64,000 bases of DNA from Mobula hypostoma (taxonomy: Eukaryota), in NCBI RefSeq assembly GCF_963921235.1, contig NC_086118.1:13146001-13210000 (forward strand), in the 5' to 3' direction. The notes under the pieces are model-generated. The model saw only the letters and a list, made by a program, of their open reading frames with translations. It had not been told where the DNA came from and did not search any database. Of the stretch, positions 51,120-64,000 are shown piece by piece. The translations under genes were made by a program, and so were the position numbers. The first letter of the stretch is position 1; every line of letters starts with the position of its first letter.

Positions 51120-53060
51120 AAATTCAAAGCAAGTTCTATTATCAAAGTACATATTTGTCCTTATACACAGCCCTGAGATTCCTTTTCTTGTGGGCATACT
51201 CAATAAATCCAAAACAGAATAATAACTACAAGAGCATCAATGAAAGACTGCACCAACGTGACCATTCAGCCAATGTGCAAAAAATACAACAATCTATGCA
51301 AATACAAAATAAAATTAATAATAATAAATAAATAAACCATTTGAGAGGCATATTGAGGGACAACAGCTGCCCCTGTACCTAGGGCTAAGTGAGCCCTAAG
51401 GCTCCTGTACCGTTTTCCCGATGGTGGCAGTGAGAAGAGAGCATGTCCTGGGTGCTGCAATCCCTACTGACGGATGCTGCTTTCCTTCGACAACACTTTG
51501 TGTAGATGTGCTCAATGGTGGGGAGGGTTTAACATGATGGACTGAGCTTTGGTGGCAAAAATAGGAAAACAGATTATTATCTGAATGGTGGCCGATTAGG
51601 AAAAGGGGAGGTGCAACGAGACCTGGGTGTCATTATACACCAGTCATTGAAAGTGGGCATGCAGGTACAGCAGGCGGTGAAAAAGGCGAACGGTATGCTG
51701 GCATTTATAGCGAGAGGATTCGAGTACAGGAGCAGGGAGGTACTACTGCAGTTGTACAAGGCCTTGGTGAGACCACACCTGGAGTATTGTGTGCAGTTTT
51801 GGTCCCCTAATCTGAGGAAAGACATCTTTGCCATAGAGGGAGTACAAAGAAGGTTCACCAGATTGATTCCTGGGATGGCAGGTCTTTCATATGAAGAAAG
51901 ACTGGATGAACTGGGCTTGTACTCGTTGGAATTTAGAAGATTGAGGGGGGATCTGATTGAAACGTATAAGATCCTAAAGGGATTGGATAGGCTAGATGTG
52001 GGAAGATTGTTCCCGATGTTGGGGAGGTCCAGAACGAGGGGTCACAGTTTGAGGATAGAGGGGAAGCCTTTTAGGACCGAGATTAGGAAAAACTTCTTCA
52101 CACAGAGAGTGGTGAATCTGTGGAATTCTCTGCCACAGCAAACTGTTGAGGCCAGTTCATTGGCTATGTTTAAGAGGGAGTTAGATATGGCCCTTTGTGG
52201 CTACAGGGGTCAGGGGGTATGGAGGGAAGGCTGGGTTCTGAGTTGGATGATCAGCCATGATCATAATAAATGGCGGTGCAGGCTCGAAGGGCCGAATGGC
52301 CTACTCCTGCACCTATTTTCTATGTTTCTATGTTTCTATGTTTCTATTCACATTACATTTTTGCAGGATTTTCCGTTCAAAGGCATTGGTGTTTCCATAA
52401 CAGGCTCTGATGCAGCCAATCAGTACACTCTCCACTACACATCTACAAAGGTTTGTTGAAGTTTTAGATGTCATGTCTAATCTTCACAAATTCCTGAGGA
52501 AGTAGTGACATTCCCATACTTTCTTCGTAATTGCCCTTACATGCTGGTCCCAGGAGTAGTCATCAGAAATAATAACACTGAGGAATTTAAATTTGCTAAT
52601 CCTCTCTATCATTGATCATCTGATAAGAAATGGCTCATGAACCTCTGTTTTCCTCCTCCTCCTGAAGCCAATAGTCAGCTCCTTGGTCTTGTTGACATTG
52701 AGCAAGAGGTTGTTGTTGTGGCACCACTGAGCCAGATTTCCAATCTTCCTCCTTTATGCTGATTCATCACCAACATTTAATACAGCTTACAACAGTGGTG
52801 CTGTCAGCAAACTTGAACATGGCATTGGAGCTGTGCTTAGCTACACAGTCATAAGTGTAAAGCAAGTAGAGCAGGGGCTAAGCACACAGGCTCGTGGTGC
52901 ACCTGTGCTGGTGGAGATTGTGGAGGAGATAGCATTTACCCTGATACTTTGACTGTCCATTTCTCTCCATAGAAGCTGCCATTGAGTTCCTCCATCTTTC
53001 TGTGCATTGTTGAGAATCATGGGAAAGTTGACAACTGGAAGATCCAAATTCATAAAACTA
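51120..53060 (-). mobile_element. Degraded Rex1/Babar LINE interrupted by CR1
   Basis: HPGHALFSLPPSGKRYRSLR and ISTSTGAPRACVLSP remnants flank the CR1 insert. Confidence 0.8.
51549..52343 (+). mobile_element. Young CR1 3' fragment
   Basis: ORF 51611 onward (QRDLGV...LYKALVRPHLEYCVQFWSP...FFTQRVVNLWNSLP); (tttctatg)n tail. Confidence 0.95.
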
Positions 53061-53399
53061 CCTGGGCCAGACATTCAGTCTGAGTTCAGAGGTTATTGAT
53101 GCTGCAGGAAGAATAGGTGTTACTGACCACATGCAGGCCTACTGATTAACTCCGTCCAGGGAACGAGAAATGCAGATACAGACTGAATGGAGCCAGTGGC
53201 TCTTCCACCTTGTCATCCAATTGGTCAAGCTAAGAAAAGTTTCTGGAAGGCTACAGCAAGGGTATAATGAATTCCCATCAGCAAGTCAGGGCAGCAATAA
53301 CTCCTCATTGGTGTTCAGCAGTGAAGAACATCGACAGCAGCCAACCAGGGTCTCAACCAGTAGAGGCCAGCAATGAGGGCTCCAGCAAAGGGAGTGATG

Positions 53400-54470
53400 A
53401 CCATAAGCCCATAAGACATTGGAGCAGAATTAGGCTATTTGGCCCATTGACTAACTCCACCATTCGGTTATGGCTGATTTATTTTCCCTCTTAAATCCTT
53501 TCCCCTGCCTTATCCCCATACCTTTGACATTCTCACTAATCATGAAGCTATGAACCTCTAGTTTGAGTGTATCCAATGACTTTGTCTCCACCACTGTTAG
53601 TAGCTATGAATTCCACAGATTCACAACCCTCTGGTTAAAGAAATTTTTTCATCTCTGTTACAAAGGGACATCCTTCCATTCTAAGGTTGTGTCCATTTTT
53701 CCCAGACTCTCCTACTATTGGAAGCATCTTCTCCACATTCACTCTGTACAGGCCCTTCTTCAGTAGGTTTCAATGAGAATCTACCCCCATCCCCTCACCC
53801 CCTCCACCCCGTATTCTTCTAAACTCCAATGAGTCCGGGGCTAGAGCTATCAAATGTTCTCCATACATTAACCCTTTCATTCCTGGGATCATTCTTGTAA
53901 ACCTTCCCTGAACCTTTTCCAATGCCCACCCATCCTTCCTTAGATAAGGGACCTAAAACTGCTCACAGTACTCTGAATGCAGTTTGACTAATGACTTATA
54001 AAGCCTCAGCATTATATCCTTGCTTTTCAGTTCTAATCACCTCAAAACGAATGCTAACATTGCTCAACCTGCATGTTAACTTTTAGGGATTCTTGGATTG
54101 GGACTCCCAAGTATCTTTGCACCTCCAACCTCTGAATTCACTCCCCAATTAGAAAATCGTATATGCCTTTATTCCTTCTGCCAAAGTGCATGACCATACA
54201 CTTTCCTGCACTGTATGGAAGCCACCTCTTTTCCCATTCTTCTAATCTGTCCAAGTTCTACAGAGTTCCTGCTTCCTCAAATTTACCTGCCCCCTACACC
54301 TTTCTTTGTATCGTCTGAAAACCTGACGAGAAAACCATCAATTCTATCATCCAGATCATTAGCATATATTGTGAGAAGTAGTGGAGCCAACAACAACCCC
54401 AGTGGAATGCTACTGGTCGCCATCACCAACTGAAATGCCCCCCTTTATTCCCACTCATTGCCTACTGCTG
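53400..54470 (-). mobile_element. Degraded CR1 LINE
   Basis: Colinear with the CR1 at 1989-3045, including the 3' tail ccataagccccataagac. Confidence 0.85.
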
Positions 54471-54624
54471 GGCAGCCACTTGAAGAAGGAGACCAATCCT
54501 GGTGTAGGGCAGAAAAATCAGCACTCTGGCAGCCCAGTGATGATGCCTGTGTCTGGCCTCAGTCGTGTCAGATATTGGTGAGCACTCTGACACATAGTTA
54601 GAGCATGTTATGCATACTGTTATG

Positions 54625-56930
54625 GATTCATAGAGCATCACAGCACAGAAACAGACCCTTTGGCCTATCTAGTCTGTGCCAAACTATTATTCTTCCTAGT
54701 CCCATCAACCTGCTCTCAGACCATATCCCTCCATACCCCTCCTGTCCATCTACCTATCCAAACTTCTCTTAATTTTGAAATTGAAACCACATTCACCACT
54801 TCCGCTAGAAGTTGGTTCCACGTGCTCTCCACCCTCTTAGGAAAGAAGTTCCTCCTCACGCTCCTCTTAAAAATTTCACCTTCAACCCTTAACCTATGAC
54901 CTCTATTTCTAATCTCACCCAACCTCAGTAGAAGATGCGTCTTTCATATATCTTGTGAAATGCCCTGGTTCGCATCCTTACTGTTATGCTGTAGGTATTT
55001 CATTTAGCAGCTCTGTAAGAGCTGTTTGTTCTGCTTTCAACCTGTTTGGGTTATTATTGAAGATAAGGGATGATGTGGAATGTGTGCCATCCAATTAATG
55101 GGAGATTTTTCTTGGGGAGGGACAATAAGGTTGGTTTTGGGATTATGCTCGGTGGGAGATGGAGCGAGAAGACTCTGGGGAGAACCGGTTGTAGCATATG
55201 ATCCGGTGGGAGACTCGCTTGTTCGAGATGGATTGCGAGCGACGTTCGGAAGCTGGTGTATATTTTTATGTTCACCAAGAGCCCCGTGCGCGAGTGACAG
55301 AAAAGTTCAAGATGAGCTCCAACTTGTGCACATTTGACTGTTTAATTAGACTAGCCCCTGTTCTTTTTATTATTCTTTACTAATGTTTTATTTAAGTTAA
55401 GATTCATAAATATAATTCCTTTAATCATATGCAGTGTACTGTCCGTTATTTCATGGCACTAATTTGTAGCAAATCACCCAGCATCCACACAAACTGAGGT
55501 TTGGGGTGGGATGGAGCACTCCTCAATCTCACGAGTTTGATGGGGCCAGAGGTTGTCTTTCCTAGACTTACGCAGCCAAGGAAACCGGGAGGCTTCGCCT
55601 GTCTATACCCCTTATCATTTTCAATTCTCTGCTCATCTCCTATGTTTCAGGAAATGTCCTCTCCTATTCACCCTTTCCCAATAACTCAGGTCCTCAAATC
55701 CTGACACATGCTTGAATATCTTCCCTGTACTCTTTCAAACTTATTGCTATATTTTCCGTCAGCAGGAAATTGCATACCCACCGACCAGAACTGCACACAA
55801 TACTCAAAGTTAGGCCTCAGCAACGTCTTATACAACTTCAACATAACATCCCAGCTCCTCTACTCAAGACTTTGGCTTTCATAAATCAACGTGCCTAAAG
55901 CTCTCTTTACAACCCTCTCTACCTGTGATGCTCCTTTCAAAGTATTATCAACCTGCATTCCCAGATCACCATAAGACCATAAGACAAAGGAGCACAAGTA
56001 GGCCATTCGGCCCATCGTGTCTGCTCCGCCATTTTATCATGAGCTGATCCATTTTCTCCTATTTAGTCCCACTCCCCTGCCTTCTCACCATAACCTTTGA
56101 TGCCCCGGCTACTCAGATACCTACCAATCTCTGCCTTAAATACCCCCAATGACTTGGCCTCCACTGCTGCCCGTGGCAACAAATTCCATAGATTCACCAC
56201 CCTCTGACTAAAAAAATTTCTTCGCATTTCTATTCTGAAAGGGCGCCCTTCAATCCTTAAGTCATGCCCTCTCATACTAGACTCCCCCATCATGGGAAAC
56301 AACTTTGCTACATCCACTCTGTCCATGCCTTTTAACATTCAAAATGTTTCTATGAGGTCTCCCCTCATTCTTCTAAACTCCAAGGAATGCAGTCCAAGAG
56401 CGGACAAACGTTCCTCCTGTTCTAAAGCATTCTACAGCATTCCTCAGTGTCCTACTGTTCACTGTTGAAGACCTAACCTGGTTTGTCCTCCCAAAGTACA
56501 ACACTTTGCACTTGTCTGTATTAAATTCCGTCTCTCATTTTTCACACCATTTTCCCAACTCGTCCAGATCCCACTGCAAGCTTTGATACCTTTCTTCATT
56601 GGTCATTATACCTCTAATCTTGGTTTCACCTGCAAATTTGCTGATCCAGTTTAACACATTATTATCCAGGTTGTTGATACACAGTAGACGAGAAACAACA
56701 ATGGACACAACACCAATCCCTGTGACATACCACTAGTCACAGGCCTCCAGTCAGAGAAGCAATCATCCACTATCACTCCTGGCTTCTCTCACCAAGTTAA
56801 TGCCAAATCTCCACTTATAGTCTGTTAGCTTCATTAATGGGTCTACCATGCACAAAGCCATGTTAACTAACCCTAATCAGTCCCAGTCTATGCAAATACT
56901 TCTATATCCAGTCCCTTAGCATTTCATGCA
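54625..56930 (-). mobile_element. Degraded CR1 with a nested LTR-like insert (54954-55597) and a younger CR1 3' fragment (55968-56417)
   Basis: ORFs 54716-54922 and 56063-56338 are CR1 C-termini; the insert starts TGTGAAA and interrupts colinear CR1 sequence; no clear TSD. Confidence 0.75.
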
Positions 56931-56969
56931 ATCATGCATTTTATGATTAATTCTGTTTGTGTGTGTAAG

Positions 56970-57420
56970 TAGGTTTATTATTGTCACATGTACCAAAAAT
57001 TTATGTCATGCACACTGTTCATCTCATTACAACAGTGCATAAAGGTAATGCAAGTAAAAACAATAACACCTTGTAGAATAAGGTATTACAGTTAGAAAGA
57101 AGGTGCAGTACAGGTAGACTAAATGTTGCACGGACATAACGAGATAGACTGTCACATCAGGAGACCATCTTGTTGTAATAAGGAACCATTCCGTGGCCTT
57201 ATAAAGTGGGGTGCAAATGTCCCTGAGCCTGGTGGTATGCGCTTTTAGGCTATTATGTCTTATGCCCGATTGGAGAGAGGAAGAAGAGAGAATGTACAGG
57301 GTGGGTGGGGGTTTTTGGCCTTTAATTACACTGGTTGCTTTGTGAGACTGCTGGAAGTATAGACAATATGCATGGAGAGATAGCTGGTTTCCATGATGAG
57401 CTTTGTCCACACTCTGTTCA
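56970..57420 (-). mobile_element. Rex1/Babar 3' remnant
   Basis: KATSVIK...LQSGIRHNSLKAHTTRLRD remnant. Confidence 0.65.
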
Positions 57421-57699
57421 ATTTCCTGTGAATAAAGCTGCAGTACCACCAGGATCTGACATGTGAGCTGTTGTTTGCTTCAAAAGAACAAGATTCCCAG
57501 GTAAAGCACACGGAAGGGGATCTTAGTCAATGTGCTCGGAAAGCGTAAGGCACAAAATGCCCTTTGACCCCCCCTAGTCTGACCTACCATCAAACATCCA
57601 CTTTTACACTAATCTCCCACATTCCCTTTAATTTTCTGCATGTTCTGAAAAAGTGCAGCCCCTTCCATCACCTCCACCCTCCAAACACACATCGATTGT

Positions 57700-57930
57700 A
57701 TCCAATTCTGTCATTCACCTATACACACAGGGCAATTTATCATGGCTAAGTAACCTTGCCATCCCACACATTTCTGCTATGTGGGACAGAACTGGATCAC
57801 CCAAAGGAAACCTACATCAACACAGAGAAAACTTGCAAACTCCGCACAGACAGTAATGGAGGTAAGGAGTGAACCCATGAGGTCACTGGAACTGTGAGAC
57901 AGCAGCAGTACTGGCTACACCACTGTACCA
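57700..57930 (-). mobile_element. tRNA-derived SINE remnant
   Basis: Minus strand atggtacagtggtgtagc...gggttcactcc...ctgtctgtgcggagtttgcaagttttctc (A/B boxes plus V-SINE-like body). Confidence 0.65.
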
Positions 57931-60603
57931 TTGAAAGCATCAACCAATGTCGCTGGGCCGAATAGACACAATCTGCTCCATTTCTTTTGAACTTTTCAGC
58001 AACCTCTGCACGTTGTACAGATTGAGTCTGGAAGATGGTCTTATTGAAGGGGGTTAATAGTGTAATGTTGTTTCCCACAGTGAAGGTATCCAGAACTGGG
58101 ATGGGATATTTTCTGAATAAAGATTCATTTAGGATGAGGGTGAGGAGGAATTTCTTTCCTCATTGAACCATGGCTGCTTCAAATTCTCTTCCCCAGAGAT
58201 CTGTGGTGGTGGAGTTACTGAACATTTTCAAGACTGAGAATGACATTGGGCCTACACGGAAGTTATAGAGAGAATGCAAAGCTTTATTAAGGTCATGTTT
58301 AAATCAGCATGATCTTATTGAATGGTGGTTCAGGCTCTGCGGGTCATTCATCGGACTTGTGTTTATTTCCTTGCATTCAAGCTTGCAAAGTACACTTACA
58401 AGGCATCACCACCATTAGGATTCAGATGTTTTGGTGACTAAGTAACTAATTAACACTCTGCAGTTTTATTCTGTTAGCTTCATTAATCTTGCTCTTTTAG
58501 GGTTCTTCAGTACTCTTTGATCCTTTTTCTTCCAGCAGCTCAGAGTGCCTATCTATCTGCCTTGGTGATCATTCACATGCTAAACTGCATTGTATTATCT
58601 CTGAATTACATCATCCCTTGCTCCTGGCCAATTATTATTTCACTATTCTTTAGGTTCCATTTCCATTCTCTTCACTGCTTAATGTTTTAAATTTCATTTC
58701 AAGGTTGTTTAGTTTCCAATTCACATCTTGGCCACCATCCATATTTCAAAGGGTATGCTTCATACGTTATTTTGACAGCACAGTGTTTCAATTTCATTGT
58801 CAAATGACATTCATTGTTTTTCAATGGATTTTCCATTTAATTTCTGTGCTACTGTTTGGACACATTTGCACCTGAGCTCATCCAAAGGTTTGAAATGGGA
58901 AAGGAAGAGATAGTTCCCTACATCGCATATTTCCTATCTTATATCCTCTTCAAATTCCAGGCTTCTTGCGAGTCAGGAATTTATCTTTTTTATATCTAAA
59001 ATGCTTCAGATTCTTTATCTTCTTACTCAACAGCCGATGTTCCTAATTCAGCATTAATGCCCTGGAGAAAGTTATTCTCGAATATTTAACCTTTCACTCA
59101 ATTAGATTTTAATATTATTGATTTAGTTCAGGGAATTGTGTTAATGGAAGATGTTGCCAGGTCAACTGCATGGTTTAGCAATTATTTTATTCACCAACCA
59201 TTAGTTTCATAATAAGTCTGCTATATAACCAGTGAAATATCGGATTGTTACCTCTTGCTGAAAGGTATATGTATTTAATACATATAATTCCTCACAGGTG
59301 TAATATTTTCATTGTGTACTACCTGTTTAAATCAAATTGTCCAGTAATTTTTGTCTGTTCTCAAGTCAGTGTCTTATCCAAAGGCTGTAGGGGTTTCTGA
59401 GTTTCAATTGAAAAGATGTTCCCTAAGTGTTGAAGATGTTAGATTGTCTGGATCCCAGAATATATTACAGGATATGAATATATAAATCTATTAGTCTGTT
59501 TTTTCTTATCCTTCTGTTGTTATTTAGGAAAGATGTTAATCAGATCTAAGTAAATCTACTAACATTATTTCAAGAAAAAGGTAAGCTGGACATCCCAAAC
59601 TGATACACTATGGCAGATAAGCCAATGTTAACCAACTTCATGGGCCCAGTTTCAATTCTGACCAGGAGTTTGCATATCTTCTCTGCAACTGTGTGTGTTT
59701 CCCCTGGGATCTCCAGATCTCTCCCTCATTCCAATTTGGCTGGAATACAGCGAATTAGCCTCAGTATAAGTTAGTCCAAGAAGAACTGTGTGCACAATGA
59801 CATGCAAGAAATATACAGAATTTTCATGCAGAACTAGTCTTCAGCATGGATATGAAGCTTGCTTTGCTGGAGCTGGGAATTCCCACTTCATTACACAAAA
59901 TGACCATTCTGTCCTTCAAACTTTCATATAAGGTTCAAAAGTTCATTTTATTATTATAAAATTTTTATTATAAAAATATGAATATGGTGCCTCATTTCAG
60001 ATAATAATACCCTCCGCTCTATATAGTGGAGTTCCACTTGGGGCATAATCAGCAAAAGTGTGGGAACTTGTGGGTTATTTTAGGGATAGCTACAAGGATG
60101 AGGGGAGTGAGAGTTCACGAACAGTAAATATCATGATAGTGGAAGGAGATGGTGGTTGGAATTTGTGTCAGGGCTCTCCAGGGCTGAAGGCCAGCGATCC
60201 TTATGGACAGAGGTCTGTGGTCCGTGAATCCCAGAAATGGTGACTTGAGGTCAATCAGCAGGTCCTGAGGTCAAAGGTCCGTGATCAGTGAATCCTACGT
60301 TTGAAGCCCAGAGGATGAAACCCAGAAGACAAAGTCCTGAGAACAGTGAGTCAGGAGGTCGAAGCCCAAGGGTAGTGAGTCCAGAGGTCAAAACCTCTTG
60401 ATTGTAGAGTGCAGAGGTTAGAAACCCTATGTCTGCAATCTAGGGCAATGGTCTGGAGATCAGAGGCCCAGAGGCAGCCCATCCTAAGGTTGGAGACCCT
60501 CTATGTGTGTGGCTGAGTGGGAGCTAATGCAAACAAGGTATTTCACTGTATTTTTTGATAATTTGCACTCTGGGCCTCTGTATCTCCTGCACCTAGGTCA
60601 TCA

Positions 60604-60925
60604 ACTTCTTTCTGGGGATCCGTTAGTCTTGCGAGACCATGGATCTGCACCTGGAAAGTCTTCACTCTCCAGGGCGCAGGCCTGGGCAAGGTTGTATGGA
60701 AGACCGGCAGTTGCCCATGCTGCAAGTCTCCCCTCTCCATGACACCGATGGTGTCCAAGGGAAGGGCAAGGGCCGATACAGCTTGACACCAGTGTCGTCG
60801 CAGAGCACTGTGTGATTAAGTGCCTTGCTCCAGGGACACAACACGCTGCCTCGGCTGGGTCTCAAACTCACGACCTTCAGATCAGATCGCTAGTCGAATG
60901 CCTTATCCGCTTGGCCACGTGCCCA
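60604..60925 (-). mobile_element. tRNA-headed CORE-type SINE
   Basis: Minus strand A box tggccaagcgg, B-box-like gagtttgagacc, then CORE-like gtgtccctggagcaaggcacttaatc and a GC-rich tail. Confidence 0.75.
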
Positions 60926-60930
60926 CGTTT

Positions 60931-61555
60931 CTGGGGATCACAGTAGGTATAAATCAGTGATATCGTATGTGTAACTAGGGGCCGTGCACAATCCAGATTT
61001 GATGGAGACAGCTGTGAGAAGCACAGAGGAACATCTGGAGTAACTTCTGAAATGCCTGCTTCGCTGCTGCTGCTACCATGCAATTGAGAATCTCCGGAGA
61101 CGAAGGCCCCAAATCCTCGGCTTTGTGTATTGCTTGTTGCCGGGGCCGGGGTCAAAGCGCTTGGCAGAGATGGTACTCGGTGCTCGGTGTCAAATACGTG
61201 GTCGGAGGCTCGGAGTTTTTCGGACAGACTTAGTGTCGGACTGTGGTCAGATGCTTCCGGGATGCTACACCGGCAAGTTGGCGGCGCTGGAGGTTTACCA
61301 TCTGCGTGAGATGATGGGACTTTCGAGAGACTTTGAGACTGTTACTGTGCCATGGTCTGTTCTTATCAAATTACGGTATTGCCTTGCACTGTTGTAACTA
61401 TATGTTATAATTATGTGGTTTTTGTTAGTTTTTAAGTCAGTTTGTCATGTGTTTTTCATGATATCATTTTGGAAAAACATTGTATCATTTCTTAATGCAT
61501 GCATTACTAAATGACAATAAAAGGGGACTGCGTGTCCTCATAATCATCATAATAA
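60931..61555 (+). mobile_element. Non-autonomous LINE-derived retroposon
   Basis: CpG-rich non-coding body, then a LINE-like 3' UTR with aataaa and a (cataat)n tail. Confidence 0.5.
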
Positions 61556-61605
61556 CACCTCCTTCTCACTGACAATCAACACAGATGCACCTCGGGAATG
61601 TGTAC

Positions 61606-63605
61606 GCTCTATTACCCCTAAACTTTTGTCCTTTAACTCTCAACTCACGTCCTCTTGTTTGAATCTCCCCCACTCTCAATGGAAAAAGCCTATCCACGTC
61701 AACTCTATCTATCCCCCTCATAATTTTAAATAAGTCTATCAAGTCCCCCCTCAACCTTCTACGCTATGGTCATTACTTTCTACACTCATGACTGTGTGGC
61801 TAAGTACAGCACAAACACTGTTTGTGAATTCACAGGTGATACCACTGTTGCAGGTAAAGTATCAGATGGTGACGAGGTGGCATGCAGGAGTGAGGTAGGT
61901 CAGCTGGTTGAATGGTGTTGCAACAATAACCTTACACTTAAGATCAAAGATCAGCAAGGCCAAGGAATTGATTGTGGACGTCACAAAAGGGAAGTTAGGA
62001 GAACACGCTACAATCCTCATTGAGGAATCGTTGGTGAGAAGGGTGAGTTCTAAGTGACAGCATCTTGGAGGATCGATCCTGGGTGCAATTATGAAGAATA
62101 AATATCAGCATTTCAGAGTTTGAGGAGATCTGGTATGTGACCAAAAAATTCCCGCAAATGTTGGAGAGTATTCTGAATGACAGCATCACAGCCTAGTATG
62201 GAGCTTCCAATGCACAGGATTTCAAAAGGGTGCAGAGGGTTATAGTCTGGACCAACTCTGTCACAGGCACAATCCTCCCTACCATCGAGGACAACCTCGA
62301 GAGCCAGTGCCTCAAGAGGGCAGCATTGCCATTTTATTAAGAGATACAGTACACAAAAGGCTCAGCTGGCCTTCAATCCACACCACCCACCAACCCCTGG
62401 CAAAACCGATTTAACCTTAGCTTAATCATGTGACAATTTACAGTGACCAATGAACTTCCCATGTACTTCCTTGGACTGTAGGAGGAAACCAGATGACCCA
62501 GAGTCAGCCCACGCATTCCACCAAGGACACGTGGAGAGACTCCTTACTGAGGATGCTGGGATTAAACTCAGAACTCTGTCGCCTCGAGTGAAAATGGCAT
62601 TGCATTTGCTGCTACACTACTGTGGCGCCCCGCATTAAAGATGCTCAACATCCTGGACCTGCCTTCATCGCATTAGTGCCATCAGGGAGGAGGTATAAGA
62701 ATCTTCAGAATCTCACGTGGATAGGGTGGTGAGGAAAGCTTTTGGTATGCTGGCCTACCAAATCAGAGCATTGAGTATAGGAGTTGGGATGTAATGTTGA
62801 AATTGTATAAGGCATTGGTAAGGCCAAATTTGGAGTATTGTGTACAGTTCTGGTCACCAAATTATAGGAAATATGTTAATAAAATTGAGAGAGTACAGAG
62901 GAGATCTACTAGAATGTCGCCTGGGTTTCATCTCCTAAGTTACAGAGAAAGGTTGAATAAGTTGGGTCTTTATTCTTTGGAGCGTAGAAGGTTGAGGGAG
63001 GACTTGATAGAGATATTTTAAAATTATGAGGGGGATAGATAGAGTTGATGTGGATAGGCTTTTTCCATTGAGAGTGCAGGAGATTCAAACAAGAGGACAA
63101 GAGTTGAGACTTAAAGGGAAGAAGTTTAGGGGTAACATGAGGGGGAACTTCTTTACTCAGAGAGTGGTAGCTGTGTGGAACGAGCTTCCAACAGAAGTGG
63201 TTGAGGCAGGTTCGATGTTGTCGTTTAAAGTTAATTTGGATAGCTATATGGACAGGAAAGGAATGGAGGGTTATGGGCTGAGTGCAGGTCGGTGGGACTG
63301 GGTGAAAGTAAGAGTTCGGCATGAACTAGAAGGGCCGAGATGGCCTGTTTCCCTGCTGTAATTGTTATATGGTTATATGGTTATAAGAGCCAGAAGGCCC
63401 ACAGTCAATGATTCAGAAACAGCTTCTCTCCCATGCCATGAGATTTCTGAATGGTCTTTGATCACTACCTCATTATTCCTTCTTTTTGCTCTATTTATTT
63501 ATTTTGTAATTATAGTAATCTTTATGTCTTTTACCTTCTACTGCTGGAGGAAAAAGAAACAAATTTCAAATGATATAAGGCAATGATAATAAAGCTGATT
63601 CTGAC
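61606..63605. mobile_element. Nested cluster: CR1 fragment (61606-61765, -), Rex1/Babar remnant (61766-63605, +), SINE (62335-62635, -), CR1 3' fragment (62715-63380, +)
   Basis: ORFs RGDLIDLFKIMRG; YTHDCVAKYS...DTTVAG; LYKALVRPNLEYCVQFWSP; FFTQRVVAVWNELP; tails (ggttatat)n and gattctg. Confidence 0.8.
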
Positions 63606-64000
63606 ATTTATGCTCCAGGACTTTTGCATGTTTTTCAACATAGGATCCATCAGGACTCCATGCAATGATGTACTGCACTAAAATGCAACTTGTAAAAAAA
63701 ATTAATTAATATGATTAAATGTCCTTGATATATTTAAAAGAATAATACAGCTGACAGTGGCTTCGGCAAACAAAATAATCATTTAAAATCAGTCCGATAA
63801 ACCACCTGTGTGTAATCCTTTGATAATGACTTAGAAGTTTAAAGGAACCATTCATTTCCTTGTCAAATATTGCAAGAATAAATAGTTCCTCGCCTGGCTG
63901 CAGAAATAAATATTGAAGAGGTTTTGAAATGTAACTATTGGTGTACCTGCACCTAAAACAATGAGTTTAATCTTTATTCAAGAGATTCTGCAAATGCTGG

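Noticed and set aside
60160..60520. Degenerate ~30-bp repeats (gtgagtccagaggtcaaa-like)
   Set aside because: Too diverged to define a unit; probably the decayed body of a non-autonomous element.

Overview
Eukaryotic, repeat-dominated genomic DNA with no recognisable host protein-coding exon. The repeat mix (abundant CR1, Rex1/Babar, RTE, L1, Penelope-like elements, tRNA-headed SINEs) suggests a vertebrate, probably a cartilaginous fish; this is inference, not identification. Almost all ORFs in the track are transposon remnants or their antisense shadows. The main observation is a heavily degraded minus-strand retroviral pol at about 31.2-33.8 kb, invisible in the ORF track. Manual translation gives protease, RT, connection and possibly RNase H motifs colinear with foamy virus (spumaretrovirus) Pol. 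Other points of interest: minimal hammerhead ribozyme motifs in Penelope terminal repeats, fold-back Penelope insertions with long TSDs, a TSD-bounded L1 whose ORF1/endonuclease region is replaced by a Penelope fragment, a Buster-type hAT split by a near-full-length Rex1/Babar LINE, several solo LTRs with TSDs, and a 614-bp palindromic mariner-type MITE. All alignments were done by eye, and boundaries of old elements are approximate.
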